Source: Camelus dromedarius
Lineage: Eukaryota
Reading direction: 5' to 3'
Length of the DNA stretch: 64,000 nt
Assembly (NCBI RefSeq): GCF_036321535.1
Contig: NC_087436.1
Coordinates: forward strand, 17,670,001 to 17,734,000
Made by a program: the position numbers and the translations under genes. The notes under the pieces were generated by a model that saw nothing but the letters and a program-made list of their open reading frames with translations, was not told where the DNA came from and did not search any database. Numbering within the stretch: position 1 is the stretch's first letter; each line of letters opens with the position of its first letter. This document shows, piece by piece, positions 50,430-62,899 of this stretch.

Positions 50430-53400
50430 ATTAACATCTCCAAGACATTGAGTCATCCATTCCATGAGAATGCTATATTATTCTAGTTATTTAGATCTTC
50501 CTTAATTTCTTTAAAAATATTTTGTAGTTTCCAACGTAGAGCTCTTGCACATGTTTCACATTGCTAACTTATTTCCAAAGACTTTTATGATTTTTGGTGC
50601 TATTTAGTGTTTATTATCCACTACTAGAAATATATTAGAAACACAAGTACATTTATATATATTTTATAATAAATAATAAATAATTTTATATTGCATCAAA
50701 AGGCCTTGCTAAATTCAAATATTAAATTTAGAATTTTGTTGATACTTTTAGGTTTTTTACATATATATTCATGTCATAAAAAAAAAAAAAACAATAGTTT
50801 TAATCCTTTCTTTCAAGTATTTGCCCTTCAATTTCTTTCTCTTGTTCTTTTTTCCTGGATATGACTTCCAGAATAATGCTGAGTAGAAATGGTCTTAATG
50901 GCTATCTTGTCTTCTTCCCAAACTCAATGAGGGGGAAGCATTCTATATTTAATACTAATTATGTGCTTAGGTGTACATTTTCTACATATGCTTTTTATCA
51001 GGTCAAGGATGCTCCTTTGTACTCAGTTTCCTGTGAGTTCTTATTATGAATATGGGTTGAATCTTACCAAATGTTTTTTTCTATATGTATTAAGATGACT
51101 TTTTTCATTCTGTTAATGTGATGAATTAATTGTTTTTTTAATTGGTTGATTTTTTTAATGATAAACTGACATTTCTTGAACAAACCTCACTACTCAGTCA
51201 TGATTTATTATCCTTTTCACATTTAATGGATTCAATTTGCTAATCCTATGTTTAAGAATTCACATCTATTTTCATAAGAGATACAAGCCTCTAATTCTAC
51301 CCTTTTTTTTTTTTTTAGTGTTATTTTCAAGTCTTGGGATTATGTTGGTCTCATAAAACAAATGTTATCTCTTTCTAAAATCTCTGAAAGAGTTTATGTT
51401 AGATTGATTTTTTTTTCTTTAAATGTTTGGGAGTATTCACCAGTGAGGCCATTCTCTTCTTGGAGTTTTCTTTGTGGGAAGGGTTCAATTTCTTTTAACA
51501 GATAAAAATGATTGATATAGTTCAATTACTTCCTATGTCAGTTTTGGTAAGTTATGTTTTTCAAGGTATGTTTCCATTTCATTTTAAGTTTTTAATTTAT
51601 TTTTTACAGAGTTGTACAAAATATGCTTTTTTATATTTTAATTTAATGTCATATTTACTAAATGTGTGATGACAAAAACTTTTTATTTCTAGTAATAATT
51701 GTTGTTTTATTTCTTTTTATTTCTTGATCAATCTTGCTAGATGTTAATGAAATTTTACTGAAATATTCAACGATGCAACTTGTTCTCACCAGGGTTCTCC
51801 AGAAATGCAGAACCAATAAGGGAAAATACAAAGAGATTTATTATAAGAAATTGACTTACTGGATTATAAAGGCTGCATGGCATCCCACGAAAAACCACTC
51901 TTGTTACCAAAATTTAATCAGAGTTCTCCAGAGAAACAGAAACAGTAGGCACTGACTCCCATGATTACAGAGGCTGGAAAGTTCCAATATCTGCAGTCAG
52001 CAATCTTGAGACCAAGGAGAACTGATGATATAGTTCTAATCTGAGTCCAAAACACTGAGAAGCAGAAGAACTGATGATGTTAGGTCCAGTCTGAGTCCAA
52101 GTGTGAAGGTGGGATGTCCCAGCTTGAAGACTGTCAGAGAGAGGGGGAAGGAATACTGTATTATTTAGCCTTTTTGTTCTTTCAAGGCTTTTACAAAATT
52201 TAAGGCACACCAACTCTGAGAAAGGCAATTTGCTTTATTCCATCTACTGATTCAAATGTTAATCTCATCTAAAAACATCACTCACAGACACACACAGAAT
52301 TAAGTTTACCTAAGTATCTGGGCATCCTGTGGCCCAGTTAAATTGACACTTTAATCATCATACAGCTTTTGGCTTTGTCAATACTCTAGACCATACCTTT
52401 GCTTTCCACTTCAGTTCGTTTTCTTTTTCTATTCATATATCCTCCTTATCACTTTCTATGTGTTTAATTGACATTTCTTTTTCTAGCACCTTGAAATAAA
52501 AGTTTGATTTTAGATTCTCAATCTCCTTTCTTCTAATACATACATTTAAAGCTAAAATCTTCCCTTTAAAAGCTGCTTTATCTGTGTCCTATAAGTTCAA
52601 GTATGTCATATTTTCATTGTTATTCATTTCAAAGTATTTTATCATTTCAATTGGGTTTTCCTGTTTGGCACAATGAAATATATTGAAATGTATTGCTTTG
52701 AAATTTGAACTTTCTTAATTTTGGGAGATTTTTAGCTATATTTCTTCTATTGATTTCTAGCTTACTTCCAATCTGGTAGGAGAACATATTTTGTTATATT
52801 TTCAATCCTTTGATATTTCTTAAGAATTTTTTCATGACTCAGCATACACTAATTTTTGTTCAATGTTCCACGGCCACTTGAAATGTTGGTGTGCTCTTTC
52901 TTACTCAATTATGCAAGGCTGGCTAATCATGCTGTTTAAATTTTATGTATCTTTACTAATTTTTTCCACTTGTTTAATCTTAAACTATGTGAATTTGTCT
53001 GTTTCTTCCTCCATTTCTGCCAATTTTTGATTACTGAAACTTAAAACTATCTTACTATCTGCATACAATTTTAGAATTATATTTTCTTCTTCTTTTTATT
53101 ATAAAATCTACTTTTTGCCTTAAAGCCTACATTTTCTGGTATGAATATAGTCTCCCTAGTTTCTGTGAGTTAGTGTTTCATGTTACATATTTCTGTATCC
53201 TTTCACCTTCCGCCTGCCATGTTCTTATATTTAAAGTTTATCTCATAAATAGGATACAACTGAGTCTTGATTTTCTTAAAATACAGTCTAATAATCTTTG
53301 TCTTTGAACTAGAGTTTTTGACTGTTTACATTTCATGTAAGTTTTGGTATTGTTCATTTAAGTGCTGTTTTCTATTTATCCCAATGGTGCTTTTTTCCTT

Positions 53401-53935
53401 TATTTCTCCTTTCCTGCCTTGTATAGTATCAACCAACTACTTTTTACATTTTTCTGTTATCTATTTTACTAGAATGTAGTTATAACATTTTGTATTTTTT
53501 CTTTTAGTGTTCACCCTAGAGTTAAAATATGGATGCTTAACTTATTATAGTCTTACTTAAGTTGATACTTTAAGCATTTCCCAAATGGTACAAGAACATT
53601 GAAGTAATGTGATAATATTTAACCCCTCCCATCTTTTGTGTTATTGTTATGATATTTCTAGATGTGCTATAAGCACCACAGACATTATCATTTTTGTATT
53701 AAACAGTTAATATTCTTTTATATTTATTTACACATTTACAGTTCTAGTATTCTTCATGCTACCTTTCACTTCGTTGCTTCCATCTGAGATTACCTTAAAT
53801 TTACTCTGTACACTTCTCTGAGATGGCTTTTACCCAACTTAAATGCCTTTATTTACTATTTCTTACTGTGTACTAGCAACAAGTTTCCTCAGCTTTTTTT
53901 TTTTTTTTTTGGTCTGAGAATATTTTTATTTTACT
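50430..53935 (-). mobile_element. Ancient L1M ORF2 remnant (continuation of the host element), interrupted by MLT2
   Basis: T-rich; gacttccagaataatgctgagtagaaatggt..., attcaccagtgaggccat..., attgatttctagcttacttcca. Confidence 0.7.
51781..52362 (-). mobile_element. MLT2 (ERVL) collapsed provirus: 5' LTR 51914-52362, short internal start, terminal part of 3' LTR 51781-51875
   Basis: cagggttctccagaaa...; tctactgattcaaatgttaatctcatc...tatctgggcatcctgtggcccagttaaattgacac; 5-bp TSD caact/cagct. Confidence 0.85.
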
Positions 53936-54447
53936 ATCTTCTTTTAACTGAGATATAAGTGACATATAACATGTTAGTTTCATGTATACAACATCATGAT
54001 TCACTATTTGTATGTATTGCAAAATAATTACAATAAGTCTAGTTACCATCTGTTATCACTTATACTTACAATTTTTGCTTATGATGACAATATTTAAGAT
54101 TTACTATCTTAGCAACTTTCATATATACAATACATAATTCTTATTTTAAGTCACCATGACTTATTTATATTAAGTCACCATGTACATTAAGTCACCATTA
54201 CTTATTTATATTATATCTGGAATTTTGCACCTTTTAACCACCTTGACTCATTTTGACAACTCCTCAATCACCAATTTGTTCTCTCTATGAATTTGGTTTG
54301 TTTGTTTTTAGGTTCCACACTGAAGTAAGACTATACAGTATGTTCTTCTGTATCTGACTTATTTCACTTAGCATAATACACTCAAGATCCATTTATGTTG
54401 TTGCAAATGGCAATATTTCATTCTTTTTATGGCTGAATAATATTGCT

Positions 54448-54525
54448 ATGTATGTATATATATATATATATATATATACTTTTCACCGTGTGTGTGTATG
54501 TATATATGTGTGTGTGTGTGTGTAT
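54448..54525. repeat. Compound (TA)n/(TG)n microsatellite
   Basis: Directly visible. Confidence 0.93.
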
Positions 54526-55416
54526 CTCACAACTTCTTTACCCTTTCAACCATCAATGAATACTTAGTTTGCTTTGATATCTTAGCTTTTATAAATAAAG
54601 CTTCAATGGGGGTGTAGATATCTTTTCCAGTTAGTGTTTTTGTTTTCTTTGGATACGTTCCCAGAAATGGAATTGCTGGATCATACAGTAGCTCTATTTT
54701 TAATTTTTTGAGAAACTACCATACTGTGTTCCATAGTGGCTATACCAATTTACATTCCTACCAACAATACACAAGGTTGCCTTTTCTCCACAGCCTCTCC
54801 AACACTTGTTATTTCTTATCTTTTTTAAAATATTTATTCTAAGAGGTGTGAGATAAAATCTCATTCTGGTTTTTATTCACATTTCCCTGATGATTAGTGA
54901 TGTTGAGTACCTTTCATATACCTATTGGCCTCTGTATGTCTTCTTTAGGAAGATGTCTATTTAGATCCTCTGCTCATTTTTTAATTGTTTGGTTTCTTGC
55001 TGCTGAATTATTTTAGTTCTTTATACACTTTGGATATTATTCCCTTATCAGATATATGATTTGCATATATTTTCTCCCATTTCCTAGATTGCCTTTTCAT
55101 TTTGTTGATGGTTTTCTTTGCTGTGCCCAAAGCTTTTTAGTTTGATGTAGTCCCACTTGTTTTCTTTTATTTTTGTTGCCTTTGCTTTTGATGTCAAGTC
55201 CAAAAAAATTGCTGCCAAGACTGATATCAGGGAGCTTACAGTGTATGTTTTCTTCTAGGAATTTTATGATTTCAGGTCTTATGCTTAATTCTGTAACACA
55301 TTTTGAGTTAATTATTATTTATAGTGTAAGATAATATTCCAGTTTTATTCTTTTGCATGTGGCTGTCCAGTTTTCCCAGCACCATTTATTGAAGATACTG
55401 CCATTTCCCCATTGTA

Positions 55417-56222
55417 CAGTAGTCCCCCCTTATCTACAGGCAATATGGTTCAAGACCCCCAATGGATACCTGAAACCATAAATAGTACCAAACCCTGCAC
55501 AGACATACCTTGGAGCTGTTACAGGTTCAGTTCCAGACCACTACAATAAAGTGAATATCACAGTAAAGAGTCACAAAGTTTCTGGTTTCCCAGTACATAT
55601 AAGAGTTATGTTTACACTATACTGTAGTCTATTAAGTATGCAATATTATTATGTCTAAAAAATGTATGTACCTTAATTTAAAAATACTTTATTGTTAAAA
55701 AACACTAACCATCATCTGACAACACAGAGTTGCCACAAACCTTCAATTTGTAAAAAGCACAGTATCCGCAAAGCACAATAAAACAAGATATGCCTGTATA
55801 CACTATGTTTTTTCCTATATGTGCATATCTGTGACACAGTTTAGTTTAACAATTAGGCACAGTGAGAGAATATTCAAATTTCAAGCATGACTGCTTTTGC
55901 ACTTAGGGGCCATTATTAAGTAAAGTAAGGATAACTTGAACACAAGCACTGCAATACCACCACAGTAGACCTTATAACCAAGACAGCTACTAAGTGACTA
56001 ATGGGCAGGTAGCATATGCAATGTGGATACACTGGGCAAAAGGATGACTCACATCTCAGGCGGGATGGTGTAAGATTTCATTATAGTACTCAGAATGGCG
56101 TGCAATATAAAATTTATGAATTGTTTATTTCTGAAATTTTTTGTTTAATATTTTCAGACCTTGGTTGACCATGAGTAACTAAAACCTTGGAAAGCAAAAC
56201 TACAAATAAGGGTTGACTATGG
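55417..56222 (-). mobile_element. MER44/Tigger7-type DNA transposon derivative
   Basis: TIR cagtagtcccccct tatc at 55417 and degenerate aataagggttgactatgg at the right end; TA on both sides (55415-16, 56223-24); internal ggggccattattaagtaaagtaaggataacttgaacacaagcactgc. Confidence 0.88.
55500..55796. mobile_element. Internally deleted Tigger1 MITE (Tigger1a-like) nested in MER44
   Basis: Termini cagacataccttg... and ...caagatatgcctg form an inverted pair; ggttcagttccagaccactacaataaag; ttgccacaaaccttcaatttgtaaaaa; TA at 55797-98. Confidence 0.88.
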
Positions 56223-56860
56223 TATATTCTTGGCTCCTTTATTGTAAATTAATTGACTGTACATGTGCTTTATATTCCGTTCCATTAATCTATGTGTTAT
56301 GTGTTTGATTTTTAATGCCAATACCATATTGTTTTGATCACTATTACTTTGTAATATAGTTTGAAAAATAGTTTGCCTCCAGTTTTCTTCTTTCTCCAGA
56401 TTGCTTTGGCTATTCCAGATCTTTTGTGGTTCCATATGAATTTTACAATTGTTTGTTCTATTACCGTGAAAGATGCCATTGGAATTTTCATAGGGATTGC
56501 ACTGAATCTGTAGATTGCTTTGGGTAGTATAGACACTTTAACAATATAAACCTTTGTTTCTTATTAGTATATAGATATGCAACAGATTTTTATATTGATT
56601 TTGTATCCTGTAATTTTACTGAATTTATTTATTGGTTCTGACAGGTTTTTGGTAAATTCTTTAGGATTTTCTATACATAATGTCATCTGCAGATAGTGAC
56701 AGTTTTACTTCTTCCTTTCTGATTTGAATTAATTGCATTTATTTTCTTGCCAAATTGCTCTGGCTACGATTTTCAATACTATGTTGAATAAAAGTGACGA
56801 GAGGGAGCATCCTTGTCTTGTTGCTGATCTTAGAGGATCAGCTTTTCACAGTGAGTATGT

Positions 56861-59800
56861 GCTTCATTTCTGAAAGGTGTTTTAACTGAATATAGGATTC
56901 ACAATGGGCAGTTTTTCTTTTGACGTTTAAAAGAATGTAGTTTTATTATTTTCTGATTTCTACAATACTTTTGAAAACTCAGCCATCAGTTTTGTTTTTC
57001 TTCTTTTAAAAGCAATGTATACCTGCCCAGCTGACTTTAAGATTTTTTTCCCATTATCTTTGTTTTTTAGCTGTTTGAATATGATGTACCTACCTGTGAT
57101 TTTCTTTGTATTTTTTCTGCTTAGGGTTCACTAAGCTCCTTTAATCTGTAAGTTGATGTCTTTCATCAATTTTCAAAAAATTCTTTACCATTAGTTGTAA
57201 AATATTGCTTTGCCCAGTACTCTTCCTTCTCTACCTTTGAGACTATAATTACATGAATGTCAAGTCATTCGAATGGACCCCATATGTCTCTTATATACTC
57301 TGTTCTCTTTCTTTCCACTTGTTGTTTTCCCATAATTCATTTGACTTACTTCTGAGTTTGTGTCCAGCCTACAGTTAATCCAATTAAATGAGTTCTTAAT
57401 TTCAAATATTGTATTTTTTAGTTCCAGAATGTCCACTTAATTCTTTTCATAATCTCTAATTCTTTGTTAAGATATCTACCTTTTAATTTTTTTCATGTAT
57501 TTTTTTAGCATACTCAAAACAGTTTTGTTTAAGTCCTTATCTCCTAATTCCAGTATCTGAATCATTGGTTGGTTGTACTGTTTGCTCTCTTAATTATAAG
57601 TCTCATTTTCCTGTCTCTTAGCATGTATAGATTTTTTAGGATTGTTGTTATTTTATTGTTTATTCATTAATCTTTAATTGATTTGAGATTTAGTTATGTA
57701 TAAGTTGAAGAGAAATATCCAATTTATTTTTTTCCAAGACTATAGCCATTGTCCTTCATTAAGTAATCCATTTACTTCTCACCAAAAGCTACCACTTTTG
57801 TTATGCAGTAAACCTCTGTATATAATATAACATATTTGGATTCTGTATTTTATTCTCTGATCTATATGCCTATTCATATACCAACACAATATTGCTTTGA
57901 ATAGAGTGCCTTTATAGTCTGTTCTTCTGTCTGATAAGGCAAGTCCACTATCACTACTTTTCTTATTTGTATATTTGTTGACAATTCCTAGATATTTTTC
58001 TATAAACATTTTAAGATCTTTTCTAATTCCCAATCTTTCTTAATCACTCAGTTTATAATGTTTCTTGAAAAAAACATATAATAAATAAATTCTGTTTGTT
58101 CACACCTAGTATAATGTTTTTATATATTTCATTCATTTTACTACTTATTTTCCATTTTTCTTTATTATCTTTAGTTTATCTACTACTTGTTCTTTCCACT
58201 TTCCCCCTTATTAACTTCAAAATTCTGCCAGATTATTCTATCATATTAATGATGAACTTTCCTTTCTCTGTGTTCATTATCAGATCTATATTTCTCTAAT
58301 ATTATTCAAAAATAAGATAATTACCATATCTTATCAAATTTAATTTCCCTTGTACTTCTTCTCTGCACTGATAAGCTAAGACTCCTTTCTCAATTTCCAG
58401 TTTTGCTGAGATAATTGAGTATCTTTAGTTCTAGATTATTATTTAGATTTATTTTGTAGAATTCTAGCTAGTGGATCCACTTAGATGTCCATAATGTATA
58501 TATAACAAGGTTTTATGCTCACCATTGTTTAATTTCCTCATCACTTCCCCTACTTCAATGTCTCTCTTCAGTTTTTTGCTTTTCTTCAGAATCCTTTATA
58601 TATGCTTTACTGGACATCTTCAAATATTTTTCTTCCTCCCTAGCAGTGAATGATACTTAGGTTGAACAGAAAACTCTTGAGTTACAACTCCTTTCTTTCT
58701 GCAGTCTATAGATATTATTCTACCATCTTATGCCTTCTGGTATTTCAGATAGATGATTTATGATATTCTAATTCATTTTATTTTGTAAAAAATTATTCTT
58801 TGGTTTGAAAATTTGTAACATTTTGTCTTTATGCTTAGGTTTTAATAATTTTATAAGGATATGCCTGTATGTGTGTCTTTTCTCCCCAATATGGCATTCA
58901 AATCTTCAACTTAGGGAAAATTCTTCTATTATTTGTTTAGTTATTAATTCTCTCTATCTGTTGTATATCTTTCTAAAATGCCTATTTTTTATGATAGATG
59001 TACTGAATCCGTTATACAAGACTTCTTTTTCCTTTTGATTTCAAACTCTTCATAATTTTACTTGTATGCTTTTACTGTTTCTTCAAATTGGTCTTCAAAG
59101 CCATTAATTTGCATCTAAACAGTGACCATCTCCTTCTTCATATTATCTACTTATTTGTAAATGCTATTTTTCTGGCTGAGGAATTTACTACTGTTTGCTC
59201 AGAGCGTTATCATGAATGGGGATTAAACTTTGTCAACTTTCTTCCTCTATTAATATGATCATATGGCATATTGTTTTTAGTTTATTAGTATTGGAAAATA
59301 CATTAGTTGAATTTTAAATGTTAAAGCAACTTTGTATTCCTAGGAATAAACACAGTTTATGATGCTATATTAGCCTTTTCTATATTAATATATTTGTAGA
59401 TTTATTTGCTAATATATTTCTAAGGATTTTTTACATCTATGTTCATGAACAAGAGTAGTCTGTAGCTTTTTATATTCTTGTAATGTGTCATCAACTTTTG
59501 GTATCAGGATAATTCTGGACTCATAAAATAAGTTGGAAAGTGTTCCTGCCTCTCTGTTTTCTCAGAGAGTTTGTATAGCATTGGTATTATTTCTTCCTTA
59601 AGGATTTGAGCAAATTAAGCCATGTAAGCATCTATACCTGGACTTTGGGGACAGCAGGGAGTGGGCATAATTCAACTACAGTATAAATTCAATTTGTTTA
59701 ATAGATATAGGGAATTCAAGTTTTCCACTTGCTTAGATTAAAGTTCATAATCATAATCTTTTATTATCTTTTTAATGTCTGTAGACTCTGCAGTAATTTC

Positions 59801-61010
59801 CTCTTTCATTCCAGATGTTAGTAATTTGTGTCCTGTCTTTTCTTTACTTGATTTGTCTAGTTAGAGCTTATCAACTTTGCTGATCTTCTCAAAGACCTAG
59901 CTGTTGCTTTTGCTTGTTTTCTTTGTTCACTTTCTATTTAACTAATTTCTGCTTTGTACATTTTTTTCAATGTCTTTTCTCTTTCTGCTCTAGTCTGAAT
60001 TGTTTCTATTGCCTATCTTTTCTTCTAAGAATTCTTCTACAGTGTAAATTCTCTTAATCCTGTTTAGTGAATTTTCCATTTCAGATATTGTATTTTTCAC
60101 TTTTAGAAGTATCATTTGTCATTTTTATGTCTTCTATTTCTCTCCTCACAGATAGAATGTTTTCCTTTAAATTCTACAGCTGTTTTAAAGTCCTTGTCTG
60201 AGATTTCCACCATCTCTGTCATTTTCAGAACTCTTTCTATTGATTGACCTTTCTCCTTTATTCTGGCATATCACACCTAGTCATTTTGTTGGATGCTGCA
60301 TATTGTGAAATTTACATTATTAAATACTGGGTTATGTTTTCTAACTTTAAAGAGTGTTGGACTTTGTTCTGGATTTGCAGTTAAATTACTAGTTCATTGG
60401 CATACTTCGTCCTCCAAAGGATTATCTTTAAACTGTCTTATGATAGATCTAGAATAGTTTGTATGCTGGAATAGTTTTATACATTTGTTCTAATACTAAG
60501 GCACGACTCTTCTGAAATTTCTGTGGAATACCCTGAGAATTCAACGAGGACACTGCAGTCTGGCTAGTCAGAGCTAAAATGTCTTCCAAATCTATGTGAG
60601 TTCTCAGAGTTGTCACGGAGTTTCACCCTATTAATGCAACAGAATCAAGGGGACTCTTATGCAAATTTCTGGGGCTCTTCTCTTCATCATTCTCTCTTGT
60701 CTTTTTCTCAGCCCAACTATTAGCTGCCTTGACCTCCCCAAATTATGATCTTTGTCTCTTCAACTCAGTAAAATTACTGTGTTCTGCTTGGAAGGCCCTG
60801 CATGTACTGTGGTCTGGAAAATGCCTGCAGGCAGCCAATCAATGTGATTACAGGGCTCACTGACTTTGTTTGCTTTCTCCCTGGAATCACTATCTGCCAC
60901 GGCCTGCTGCCCACAGTCAGAAAACTTTGTTCATCTATTTTATGCAGGTTTCTGGTTGTTACTGTGGAAGAGTAGGTTAGTCCCAGTTACTACATTATCA
61001 CTGGCAACAG
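56861..61010 (-). mobile_element. Mosaic of ancient L1M remnants (ORF1/5' regions and ORF2 fragments)
   Basis: T-rich; tttgaatatgatgtacct...ttagggttcactaagctcct; ttttggtatcaggataattctggactcataaaataagttggaaagtgttcc. Confidence 0.65.
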
Positions 61011-61230
61011 ATATCCTATCTGCTGATTTGGTTCATTGGAAATTTATGTTTTTTGCTTATGTACTGCATTTAGATTTTTTGTATGTCTGTAGTGCAACTT
61101 TAATTTCTTCAAGCATGTTTATTAATTTTTGGTCTATGTTGTCATCTGTCTATATTTTAGTAGTTCTAATTCACTGGGCACATGATCTACTTTTCATGTG
61201 TCTTTTCTTGGGTTTTTGAACCCACTAAGA

Positions 61231-61242
61231 TATTACTACTAC

Positions 61243-61304
<62 letters not shown>
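61231..61304. repeat. (TAT)n trinucleotide microsatellite with (TAC) interruptions
   Basis: Directly visible. Confidence 0.97.
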
Positions 61305-61307
<3 letters not shown>

Positions 61308-62199
61308 GTTTGGGTTCTTGTTTTTGACTGCTCACAGGGGCTCATAATTGTTGGATTACTCTAAGAGGCAGTATTCCCCAAAATAGTTGAGAGTAAAAGT
61401 GCTCCTTATTGTTGGATCTGTACTTCTGCTAAGAAACCAGTGGGAGCCTCCCTTTTCCTCAGTCCCCCAAGTTCAGGCCCAGGGAATCAGCCGCTTCTCC
61501 ATGGGAAGCCAGAGAGACCAGTCATAGTCATGAAATATAGACAAGATTACATTCCTCCTAAAACCCTGGTCCACAATACTTATAAATCAAGCAATATTCC
61601 AGAGTCTCTCACTTCGCAATCCGTGTCCCAATGCCCCATGCAGATCTCCAAGTGCTCACTGAGCTCACTGGGGAAAACTCCCCTCACTAGTGTTCTCTGC
61701 TAATGTTTCCACAAAATCAAAGGCTTCATTAAATCCAGTAGGTGTTTTCACTGAAAAGATGTAGCTGAATCAAACTTGGACAAGGAAGAAAAGGTGACAG
61801 TGTGCCTATTGCCATTTCCTTGAATCCCCTCTCAATAGTAAAGTTCATTTTTAAGACATTTCGACATTTCTTTTTTTCCTTCTTGTGTGTCCTTCCTCAG
61901 GACTCTGGTCTAGAAGACAAAAGTTAAGCTGATAAAAATAATCCATAGTGCTGGTTAATTTATTCCTCCAGTAAAAGATGTGTGCATTTCAACCATGACC
62001 TTTTATAAACAGTAACTTAATCTGAAGGCAAGCATCTGTAGGACTTTTGAATATCATGCCAAGCTAGGGAGGAAGACGTTTTCTGTGTGGTTTCAATTAT
62101 AATTATCCTGGAAATGGAATTTCTGCATCTCAGGATAGGAACGCATTGAGCTTCACTAAATACTTTACCCCTAGCAGTATATAACTGTTCCTACTCCAC

Positions 62200-62830
62200 G
62201 CTCTCTCCAAATCTTGAGATACTTAGACTTGTGGAAGTCTGATGTGCAAAATAGTAATTCTTTGCATCTTTAATTTTCTGATATTATCACTTGCCATTTG
62301 GAGAACTGATTATTCATTTGATCTGTATCACCAGATTTTTTTTCTTACCTTTTGGTAGATGGCCTTGGAATATTCTGGATATGAATTCTGTGCTAAAATA
62401 TTGCAAATATCTTCTTCAACTCTGTAGGTTGCTTTTGGATTAGAGTTTTTTAATGTTAAGTTGTCATGTTTATCAATATTTCCCATATAGTTAGTGCCTT
62501 TTTGTTTTTGTTTAATTGTATGCTTGTTTAAGAAGTCTTCTCCTTCCCTAAGGTCATAAAGTTATTGTCCTATTTTCTTGTTTTGGGTTTTACTCTTCGT
62601 ATTTAAGATATCTCCATCTTGGAATTTGTTTTTGGGTTTTTTGGGGGGTTTTTTGTTTGTTTTTTTTTTTTGTATGGTATGAGATAGGAATATAATCCAG
62701 GTATACAATTATTTTCTCCTTAAGGGGAAACCAATGCTTAAAGCCCCACTTATTAGATCCTATCCTCACTTATTGCCTACTGATTTATACAAAATTCCCC
62801 AATATGTATCTATTTCTGGGCTCTTGTCTG
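62200..62830 (-). mobile_element. Ancient L1ME-type ORF2 3' remnant
   Basis: tattctggatatgaat...ttgcaaatatcttcttc...ccctaaggtcataaag...tgtatggtatgagatagg. Confidence 0.7.
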
Positions 62831-62899
62831 CTTGTCCATCCCTGAGTTAACCTCAGAGATGAATGCTTTGTTGTTAGGGGACACTGGAATTTTTGAGAA

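Larger units (their letters stand above)
53940..56860 (-). mobile_element. L1 (L1MA9-like), 5'-truncated, interrupted by MER44/Tigger
   Basis: 3' end gttagtttcatgtatacaacatcatgattc; minus [26 protein letters not shown] (ORF2). Confidence 0.88.

Noticed and set aside
61182..61364. Poly-leucine ORF
   Set aside because: Translation of the (TAT)n microsatellite.
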